A DNA stretch of 50,553 nt from an uncultured Syntrophaceae bacterium (GTDB lineage: Bacteria > Desulfobacterota > Syntrophia > Syntrophales > UBA2192). The stretch lies in assembly GCA_964547985.1 (NCBI GenBank), contig CAZJPV010000015.1:1-50553 (forward strand), in the 5' to 3' direction. The notes under the pieces are model-generated. The model ran no database searches. It was not told the DNA's origin and worked only from the letters and a program-made list of their open reading frames with translations. The translations under genes and the position numbers were made by a program. Below, one piece after another: positions 40,250 to 50,553 of this stretch (the stretch's first letter is position 1; every line of letters starts with the position of its first letter).

Positions 40250-41719
40250 CTATCTGCAGTAGAGTTGTTCTTCGAGACAGTATTTGTTGAGTTCGGCGGG
40301 CATTGGAAGAGGGTAGTCCCCGGAATAACAGGCGAGGCAGTAACCTTTCGAGTTCGTCTTGGTGGCGTCGACCATTCCCTTGAGGCTCAGGTAGTAGAGG
40401 GAGTCGAGGCCGATGAAACGGGCGATGGCTTCGACCTTTCCCTTTTCCGCTGCGATGAGCTCTCCCTTCGAGGAGAAATCGATCCCATAGGGGCAGGGGT
40501 AGCGGGTCGGCGGGCAACTGACCGCCATGTGGATCTCCCTGACGCCGATCTGCCGCAGGTTCCGAATCCTGTTTCTGCTGGTGGTGCCGCGGATGATGGA
40601 GTCCTCGACGATGAGGACCCTCTTGCCCTTGAGCAGGGGCTTCACGGGATTTAACTTCACGCGCACTCCGAAGTCCCGGATCGCCTGCGTGGGCTGGATG
40701 AAGGTCCGACCCACGTAGTGGTTTCGGATCATCCCCATCTCGAAGGGAATACCGCTCTCCTCGGCATAACCGAGGGCTGCGTAGTTCCCGGAATCGGGGA
40801 AGGGCATGACGAGATCCGCATCGGGGCGATACTCGCGGGCGAGCTTATGTCCAAGGCGTTTTCGACACAGATAGACGTTCTGGCCGAAGACCTCGCTGTC
40901 GGGCCTCGCGAAGTAGATCAGCTCGAAGATGCAGTGGGATGTCTTCACCTTCCGAAACGGTTTGAGACTCTTGAGGCCTTTAGCATCGATGATGATAATT
41001 TCGCCGGGTTCCACATCCCGCTCGTACTCCGCGCCAAGCAGGTCCAGGGCGCAGGTCTCGGAGGCAACGATCCAGGCCTTCTTCAGGCGCCCCAGACACA
41101 GCGGGCGGAATCCCCGCGGGTCACGGGCGGCGATGACTTTATCCTTCGTGAGCAGGACGATACTGAAAGCGCCCTTCACGCGGCCGAGCGCCTTGACCAG
41201 GGCCTTTTCAAAGCCCTCGCGGATGTGGTGGGCCAGCAGGTGGACGATGACCTCACTGTCCATGGTGGACTGGAAGATAGATCCTTTTTCCTCGAGCTGG
41301 GCGCGAAGGATCTGAGCGTTGATCAGGTTGCCGTTGTGGCCCAGTGCGTAGTGCTCGCCGGCGTGGTGGACGAGGAAGGGCTGCGCGTTCGACAGGATCG
41401 AGGAGCCCGTGGTGGAGTAACGGACATGACCGATGGCCATGTGGCCCGGAAGACGCGAGAGGCGCTCTTCGGTGAACACCTCGGAGGCAAGCCCCATCCC
41501 CTTGTATTCATAGACCCGGGTGCCGTCGGCTGTGGTGATGCCGGCGCTTTCCTGTCCCCGGTGCTGAAGGGCGAAGAGGCCGAAAAAGGCAAGCCTTGCG
41601 GCCTGTTCATCACCATACACGGCGACGATACCGCACGCCTCACGCGGCCCCCCTCTTTCAGGCAGTGGAGAGTGGAGAGTGATGAGTGATGGGTTAGATA
41701 AAGAATTGTTTATTTTCAT
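40250..41719 (-). CDS. purF: amidophosphoribosyltransferase with N-terminal propeptide
   Basis: CGIVAVYG Ntn-Cys block preceded by a 28-aa leader. PRT domain and C-terminal Cys cluster. Confidence 0.85.
   Translation of the reverse strand: MKINNSLSNPSLITLHSPLPERGGPREACGIVAVYGDEQAARLAFFGLFALQHRGQESAGITTADGTRVYEYKGMGLASEVFTEERLSRLPGHMAIGHVRYSTTGSSILSNAQPFLVHHAGEHYALGHNGNLINAQILRAQLEEKGSIFQSTMDSEVIVHLLAHHIREGFEKALVKALGRVKGAFSIVLLTKDKVIAARDPRGFRPLCLGRLKKAWIVASETCALDLLGAEYERDVEPGEIIIIDAKGLKSLKPFRKVKTSHCIFELIYFARPDSEVFGQNVYLCRKRLGHKLAREYRPDADLVMPFPDSGNYAALGYAEESGIPFEMGMIRNHYVGRTFIQPTQAIRDFGVRVKLNPVKPLLKGKRVLIVEDSIIRGTTSRNRIRNLRQIGVREIHMAVSCPPTRYPCPYGIDFSSKGELIAAEKGKVEAIARFIGLDSLYYLSLKGMVDATKTNSKGYCLACYSGDYPLPMPAELNKYCLEEQLYCR
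41664..41691. repeat. tandem heptamer repeat (AGTGGAG)x2(AGTGATG)x2 inside the purF propeptide coding region
   Basis: Read directly from the sequence. A 12-bp inverted copy CACTCTCCACTG lies at 41884-41895 just beyond the carB stop. Confidence 0.7.
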
Positions 41720-41903
41720 GTAATTATACCGAAAACCTCAAGTTTTTTCTCTTACTATTGTTAATATAATCATCGCTATAACAGCGGATAACCCAGACCT
41801 AAGTTACATTGTCGCAGGCCCGAGGCTGGAACTCGGTACCCTTTGCCCTGAGCCCTTTACCCGGGCCTTCGGCCCTTTCTCACCACTCTCCACTGATCAC
41901 ACT

Positions 41904-45105
<3,202 letters not shown>

Positions 45106-45113
<8 letters not shown>

Positions 45114-46287
45114 GGGCTTTGCGACCTCTTGCCTTCGGTTTTTCTCTTTCCTGTTTCATCAGTGAGATGAATCCTTTGAAGAGGTACGCCGCATCGTGGG
45201 GCCCCGGCGCCGCCTCGGGGTGATACTGCACGCTGAAGGCCTTGAGCTCCGGGAAATAGAGTCCCTCGAGGGTGTTGTCGTTCAGGTTCAGGTGCGTCTT
45301 TTGCAGGTTGCCGGTAAGCGTTTCCGGTATGACGACGAAGCCGTGGTTCTGCGAAGTGATCTCCACGTGCCCGCTCCTCATGTTCCTGGCCGGCTGGTTC
45401 ACGCCGTGATGACCGAACTTGATCTTCATGGTCCTGCCGCCCATGGCCTGGCCGAGGATCTGGTGGCCCAGGCAGATACCGAAGATAGGGATCGTGCCCA
45501 CGAGCTCCCGTGTCGTTTCGATGATGTAGGTGAGAGGCGCCGGGTCGCCGGGTCCGTTCGTGAGAAGAAGCCCGTCGGGGTCATAGGCCCGGATGTCCTC
45601 AGCCGTAGATGCGGCCGGTACGATGATGACCTCGCACCCTTCCTTCTCAAGACTCCGCAGGATGTTGTATTTCACGCCGCAGTCGAGGACGACGACGCGG
45701 AAACGCCCGCCCTGTTTTCGCTTTCTCAAATTTTTCATCGGGACGGGGGCGCCATCCTTCCAGAGGTAGGGTTCCCGGCACGTGACGGAACCGATGAGGT
45801 CGCGCCCAACAAGCCCCGGGTAGGCAAGGACACGCTCCAGGAGCCTCCCCGTGTCCCTGGTCTCCGTCGACAGGATCCCACGCATGGAGCCTTCGGTGCG
45901 AAGCTTTCGAGTGATGGCACGCGTGTCCACGCCCTCCAGGCCGATCTTCCCGAACTTCTCGAGGAACGCCTGAAGCGTCATCCGGCTCCGCCAGTTGCTC
46001 GGGAAGGGCTGGTACTCCTTGACGATGAAACCTTCCAGGTGGATGCCGGCGGATTCCATGTCCTCGGCGTTAATGCCGTAGTTGCCGATGAGGGGGTAGG
46101 TCATCGTCACGATCTGCTCCTTGTAGGAAGGATCGGTGAGGATCTCCTGGTAGCCCGTCATACCGGTGTTGAAGACAATCTCGCCCATGGCCTCGCCCTC
46201 TCCGGCGAAGGCGCAACCCCGGAATACGCTGCCGTCTTCCAGTACCAGAACGGCAGGCGGTTTTGTTTTGAGCAGGCTCAAGTTCAA
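45106..46287 (-). CDS. carA: carbamoyl-phosphate synthase small subunit (glutamine amidotransferase)
   Basis: [12 protein letters not shown]-terminus. GATase GICLGHQ block. 8-nt overlap with carB. Confidence 0.9.
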
Positions 46288-46387
46288 TTCCTCTTCTGTA
46301 TATAAACGACAGAAAGGCAGAAGACGTCCGGCATGGAGAGAAGAAAACTCCCCCGTGCCGGACGCTGTGTCTGAAGAACGGTTTCAG

Positions 46388-47719
46388 TTACAACATGGGC
46401 AGATAGCGCTTCAGTTCGAAGTCCGTGACGTAAATTCGATAAAGATCCCACTCCTTCACCTTGTTCTCGATGAATTTATGGAAGATGTGGTCGCCCAAAG
46501 CCTCGTTGACCAGCGCGCTTTTCTGGACCTCTTGGAGGGCTTCGAAGAGGTTCCCCGGAAGGGAGGTGATCCCCGCCTTGGCACGGGCCTTCTCGTCCAT
46601 CTCGAAAACGTCATGCTCAACCGGTTCGGGCAAGGGATACTTGCCCGCGATGCCTTTCAGGCCTGCGGCCAGCATGACGGTGAAGGCCAGGTAGGGGTTG
46701 CACGCCGGGTCGGGTGAGCGGTATTCGATTCTTGTGGCATTTTCCTTTCCGGGTTTGTACATGGGGACCCGGACCATCGTGGATCGGTTCCGGCGGGCCC
46801 AGGCGACGTAGACGGGCGCCTCGTAGCCCGGCACCAGTCGCTTGTAGGAGTTTACCCACTGGTTGGTGACGGCCGTCATCTCGCGGGCGTGTCGCATGAT
46901 CCCGGCGATGTAATGCTTGGCGATGCTGGACAGATGATACTTGTCCTTGCCGTCGAAGAAGGCGTTTTTGCTGCCCTTGAAGAGCGACTGGTGGACGTGC
47001 ATGCCGCTTCCGTTCTGGCCGAACATGGGCTTGGGCATGAAGGTCGCGTAGACTCCATTCTGGCGGGCGATCTCCTTGACGGCCACGCGGTAGGTCATGA
47101 CGGTGTCGGCCATCTGAAGGGCGTCCAGGTAGCGCAGATCGATCTCGTGCTGGCTCGGGGCCACCTCGTGATGGCTGTACTCGACGCGGATCCCCATCTG
47201 CTGGAGGGCGAAAATGGTCTGCCGTCGGAGGTCCGTGCCCCGATCGATGGGCAGGCCGTCGAAGTAACCACCCGAATCGAGGATCTCAGGGGTGCCTTCG
47301 TTCGCAAAATAGAAGTACTCGAGTTCGGGGCCCACATTGAAGGTGTACCCCTGCTTGGCGACCTTAGCGAGCATACGCTTCATGGCATACCTGGAATCAC
47401 CCTCGTAGGGGGTGCCGTCGGGGTTCAAAATGTCACAGAACATTCTTGCTACGGGCCGATCGCTGGGGCGCCAGGGGATCAACTGGAAGGTCGTGGGGTC
47501 CGGCTTGGCGATCATGTCGCTTTCCTCTATGCGGGCAAATCCCTCGATCGATGACCCGTCGAAACCCATCCCCTCGGACAGGCCCTCTTCGAGCTCCGAT
47601 GGGGTTACGCTGAAGGTCTTGAGCTTTCCCAGGACGTCTGTGAACCAGAACTGGATGAAACTGACATTCTTCTCTTTAACGACTTTGTAAACATCCTTTG
47701 CTGTCTTGCACTGATACAT
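46388..47719 (-). CDS. glnA: glutamine synthetase type I, GSI-alpha-like (443 aa)
   Basis: GS blocks ([21 protein letters not shown]). Shorter GSI-alpha-type length. Second GS in the window. Confidence 0.85.
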   Translation of the reverse strand: MYQCKTAKDVYKVVKEKNVSFIQFWFTDVLGKLKTFSVTPSELEEGLSEGMGFDGSSIEGFARIEESDMIAKPDPTTFQLIPWRPSDRPVARMFCDILNPDGTPYEGDSRYAMKRMLAKVAKQGYTFNVGPELEYFYFANEGTPEILDSGGYFDGLPIDRGTDLRRQTIFALQQMGIRVEYSHHEVAPSQHEIDLRYLDALQMADTVMTYRVAVKEIARQNGVYATFMPKPMFGQNGSGMHVHQSLFKGSKNAFFDGKDKYHLSSIAKHYIAGIMRHAREMTAVTNQWVNSYKRLVPGYEAPVYVAWARRNRSTMVRVPMYKPGKENATRIEYRSPDPACNPYLAFTVMLAAGLKGIAGKYPLPEPVEHDVFEMDEKARAKAGITSLPGNLFEALQEVQKSALVNEALGDHIFHKFIENKVKEWDLYRIYVTDFELKRYLPML

Positions 47720-47892
47720 TACTGCCTCCTTCTTCTCGTATTTTGAGCTGGTTCCAGACCTGGTGAAGGTTCAATGATTGGCTGGATTTCACCAGCTTGA
47801 GTAACATATTTGTAACTATCTGACAATCTGTTCCTGCCTTCCGTTCACCCCTTCATGGTCCCTGCGAAGCCTTACGAGGGGCGCGCGGCGCC

Positions 47893-50316
47893 TCATTCGA
47901 CCGAAATGTCCGCTCGCGCGGAAGAAACCCCGTTGCCGTTTATGATATCTTCCAGGGATTTGTTTTCAATGAGCTGCCAGATCCCGCAGGGGCAACCTCC
48001 CGCGCAGAAGCCGCAGCCGATGCAGAGATCGGGGTCAACGACGTATTCGTAAGCATCCCCAGGAAGCGGCCTTCTCGAGATGGCACTCTGCGGGCAGAGG
48101 GTCACACAGAGACCGCAGTCGCGGCAGGCGCCGCAGGAAGCGCACTGGTCGGCGCACGCCTTTTCGTCCTCGAACCCCTTGACGCGGGGGTCGTAGTATT
48201 CAAGCTTCACCCGCTCGAATTTGATGGGTGCGAGCTGATCGAGGGTTTCTTCTTTCCCCTTGATCCGGGCATCGATGATCTCCGCGGCCTTCCTGCCGGC
48301 GCCGATGGCCTCGGTGAGAATCCCGAGTTTCACGGCATCGCCGATGGCGAATACCGCCGGGTCGCTCGTCTGGTAGCGTTCATCGACGGCGATAAAGCCC
48401 CGTTCCGTGCGGATGTCTTCCGGCAGGAAGGAGAGATCGGGGAGGTCGCCGACGGCGACGATGACCGTGTCAGCCGGCAGTGTCTCACCGTCTTTGAGCT
48501 CCACGCCCTTTTCCCGGATGGCCTTCGTGAAGCGGGGCCAGAGGAACTTTGCCCCGGCAGCCTCCGCCGCGGCGCGTTCCTTGCCATACGATGCGGGCTC
48601 CTGGACGTCGATCAGGGTGATGTCCTTCGCGCCGAGTCTTGCCGCCTCCGCCGCGGCATCGCAGCCGACATTGCCCGCGCCGATGACGACGACCTTGTGC
48701 CCGACGGTCACGGCCTCCCGCTTGCTCGCTTTCAGAAACTCGAGTGCCGGGACGGCTCTTTCCATGCCCGGGACGGACAGCATCCGGGGACGGCCGGCGC
48801 CGGTGGCGACGACGACGAAGTCATGCTCCGCGCGGATCCGGATGTAGTCCTCTCTGGTGAGGTCATGACCGAGGCGGACATGGGGGATGAGGCCCTTGAT
48901 GCGCTTGAGTTCGTGCTCAAGGATCTCGTCGGGGATCCTCTCTCTCGGGATTATGCTGGAGATCTTTCCGCCCAGCGTTTCTCCCTTCTCATAGATCACG
49001 GGCTGATGGCCTTTGAGGTAGAGCTGCCAGGCCATGGAAAGCCCGGCGGGACCGCCGCCGAGAACGGCGATCTTTTTCCCCGAAGCGGGCGCTGGCGCAG
49101 GAGGCCTGGCCTTGAGGCTCGCCTTCCCGAGAACGGTGATGTCCAGGGGTTTCAGACTTTCGATCTGACGGGTGCAGTTCTGCATGCAGATATTCGGGCA
49201 GAGGTACCCGCAGACGGTGGCGGGGAAGGGCGTGTAGGCGAGAGCCAGGTCCACCGCTTCGTCAACGAGACCCTTGCGGATGAGCTCCCAGCGGCGCTGC
49301 ACCGGGATCCCCGTTGGGCAGTTTGCCTGGCAGGGGGGGAGGAACTTGTGGTTTTCCCACACGGGAACGTAGCGCCGCAACATCCCCGTGGTGATCACGG
49401 GGAGCGGGCTCCGGTCGATCGTGGTGAGGTCTCCGATCAGACCGCCCGCGCCGAGTTCTTTGTCCCACACACCGGTCCGGAAGGCATGCATGTCAAGGAG
49501 GTCCTTGGCCTTCTTCTCCTGGGGTTTCAGGGCCACGAGGAGCTGCCACTCCCCGCACTGGGCCGTGAGTTCGCGAAAGAGCTCGGGACGGCCGATGGTG
49601 GTGAGAAACTCCTTCATGTTTGCGGTGAGCCATTTCCAGTCCGTATCGGAAAGGGTAGTGAGCCTCGCGTCCGCCTCGCTGTATCCCCGGTGGGGTCCCC
49701 GGAAAAAGATCTTCCCGCCCACCATCCCGATACAGGGGCGATGACCGAGGACGTTGTCGGGATGGTGAGCCCGGTATCCGCAAACCACGGCAATGCCGCC
49801 GGCCATGAATTCAGCGAAGGAATCCCCTACGCCCCCGAGTACCCACAGTTCAGGCGGCGCGAAGCGGGGGTTGTGCTTGGTCATGGTCATGCCGCGTGCG
49901 CCGATATCGCCGGCCACGTAAATCCTCCCCTGGGCCATGGCGTTTCCCACGCCGTTTGTCGCCTGGCCGTGAACCACGATACGGGCGCCGCCATTGAGCC
50001 AGCCCACGTCGTCCGAGGCGGGCCCCATCACCTCGATGAGGGTGTTCGGGGATCCCATGGAGCCGAGCCGCTGACCCGGCGATCCGGTGATTCGCACCGA
50101 CACCTGTCCGTCATCGACTCGCCACAGGCGGCCGCCGATCCCGTGCTGGCCGAAGGCCTGAACCTCGATCAACCGGTGGCCTTCCGCGACGGCTTCCTGG
50201 ATGTGTTCTTCCAGGACCCGGGAGTCGACGCGGTGGCCGCTCTCCATACCGCGGATGACCACATGGGGGTGGTGGGGGGCTGCTTTTTTTTTGGCAGTTG
50301 CTTTTCTCGTTGCCAC
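47893..50316 (-). CDS. glutamate synthase GXGXG-domain (GltB C-terminal domain) fused to GltD-like NADPH flavin oxidoreductase and C-terminal 2x[4Fe-4S] domain
   Basis: N-terminal GXGXG beta-helix repeats (ITGSPGQRLGSMG ... IVVHGQATNGVGNAMAQGRIYVAGDIG). Middle CQANCPTGIP ... KIAVLGGGPAGLSMAW. C-terminal CASCGACRDCGLC ... CIGCGFCAGGCP. GTG start at 50316 chosen just after the upstream stop; ATG at 50250 is the alternative. Confidence 0.75.
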   Translation of the reverse strand: MATRKATAKKKAAPHHPHVVIRGMESGHRVDSRVLEEHIQEAVAEGHRLIEVQAFGQHGIGGRLWRVDDGQVSVRITGSPGQRLGSMGSPNTLIEVMGPASDDVGWLNGGARIVVHGQATNGVGNAMAQGRIYVAGDIGARGMTMTKHNPRFAPPELWVLGGVGDSFAEFMAGGIAVVCGYRAHHPDNVLGHRPCIGMVGGKIFFRGPHRGYSEADARLTTLSDTDWKWLTANMKEFLTTIGRPELFRELTAQCGEWQLLVALKPQEKKAKDLLDMHAFRTGVWDKELGAGGLIGDLTTIDRSPLPVITTGMLRRYVPVWENHKFLPPCQANCPTGIPVQRRWELIRKGLVDEAVDLALAYTPFPATVCGYLCPNICMQNCTRQIESLKPLDITVLGKASLKARPPAPAPASGKKIAVLGGGPAGLSMAWQLYLKGHQPVIYEKGETLGGKISSIIPRERIPDEILEHELKRIKGLIPHVRLGHDLTREDYIRIRAEHDFVVVATGAGRPRMLSVPGMERAVPALEFLKASKREAVTVGHKVVVIGAGNVGCDAAAEAARLGAKDITLIDVQEPASYGKERAAAEAAGAKFLWPRFTKAIREKGVELKDGETLPADTVIVAVGDLPDLSFLPEDIRTERGFIAVDERYQTSDPAVFAIGDAVKLGILTEAIGAGRKAAEIIDARIKGKEETLDQLAPIKFERVKLEYYDPRVKGFEDEKACADQCASCGACRDCGLCVTLCPQSAISRRPLPGDAYEYVVDPDLCIGCGFCAGGCPCGIWQLIENKSLEDIINGNGVSSARADISVE

Positions 50317-50329
50317 GACGTTTACCTTC

Positions 50330-50553
50330 TCACACAACGTATTTGATCTGAAGCCGCTCGGCCGCGTTTTTGTCCGCGATGCCCAGGGCGTCTGACATCC
50401 CAATGGGAAGCGATGTCGAACGCCCCAGCGGGGCCACGATCTTCTTCAGTTCTATGTCAAAGCTGAGGAACACGTCCACGACGCGCTGGGCTACGTGTTC
50501 GGGATCGAGTCGCCGGTACAGGCGGGGATCCTGAGAGGTGATTCCCTTCGGGC
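50330..50553 (-). CDS. 3' end of a probable glutamate synthase FMN-domain (GltB-like) gene, truncated by window edge
   Basis: Minus-strand frame open to the window edge. Ends ...FLSFDIELKKIVAPLGRSTSLPIGMSDALGIADKNAAERLQIKYVV with stop at 50330-50332. Assignment rests on context and weak motif resemblance. Confidence 0.4.
   Translation of the reverse strand, partial: PKGITSQDPRLYRRLDPEHVAQRVVDVFLSFDIELKKIVAPLGRSTSLPIGMSDALGIADKNAAERLQIKYVV

Noticed and set aside
41863-41880. GGGCCTTCGGCCC hairpin followed by TTTCT after carB
   Set aside because: It resembles an intrinsic terminator only on the plus strand, where no gene ends. On the carB (minus) transcript it is followed by GGGUAAAGG, not a U-tract.
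48697-50346. 549-aa plus-strand ORF
   Set aside because: Antisense to the well-supported GXGXG-GltD fusion gene.

Overview
This 50.5-kb window looks like chromosomal DNA from a GC-rich anaerobic Gram-negative bacterium. The lineage guess (Desulfobacterota or syntroph-like) rests on gene content only: 2-oxoacid:ferredoxin oxidoreductase, rubrerythrin, a split glutamate synthase, a sigma-54 amtB-glnK-glnA operon, outer-membrane and BON lipoproteins. I found no rRNA, tRNA, CRISPR array, transposase or integrase.

Most of the window is housekeeping metabolism:
- **Left edge:** a GltD-like NAD(P)H flavoprotein fused to ferredoxin motifs, immediately upstream of the alpha and beta subunits of a 2-oxoacid:ferredoxin oxidoreductase.
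- **Cofactor and sugar genes:** panE, an SDR oxidoreductase, an alpha/beta hydrolase, then a sugar-nucleotide and trehalose block (cupin, manC, otsA, otsB, a coupled unknown ORF, a TreT-like synthase).
- **Stress genes:** rubrerythrin and two paralogous BON lipoproteins flanking a small membrane protein, plus HIT and HAD proteins.
- **Amino-acid and nucleotide genes:** eno, hisH-hisF, purF and carA-carB.
- **Nitrogen genes:** amtB-glnK-glnA with a clear sigma-54 promoter, and a second GSI-alpha-type glnA.
- **PHA locus:** a phasin gene with a strong sigma-70 promoter followed by a divergent PhaC-like synthase with a GxCxGG lipase box.
- **Membrane organisation:** a flotillin (SPFH) gene, plus the dynamin-like GTPase gene next to the novel block.
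- **Right edge:** a split glutamate synthase (partial GltB-like FMN domain, then a GXGXG-domain/GltD/ferredoxin fusion).

The standout is an eight-gene minus-strand operon of uncharacterised proteins (19380-25293) that appears lower in GC by eye and is tightly translationally coupled. It encodes three paralogous proteins built from a duplicated CxxC...CxxHxWQL cysteine module, a Zn-ribbon/HEAT-repeat protein and a prenyltransferase-repeat alpha/alpha-toroid protein (an arrangement reminiscent of a protein prenyltransferase alpha/beta pair). It also encodes a P-loop protein whose Walker A lysine is replaced by arginine, and two proteins with no recognisable features. A dynamin-like GTPase gene lies on the same strand just upstream, with enolase between them. 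I cannot assign this block to any described system from memory and regard it as the best candidate for a novel system here.

Other notable points: a dapB homolog carrying an in-frame internal deletion of the catalytic domain; a heptamer tandem repeat inside the purF propeptide; a PII protein lacking Tyr51.
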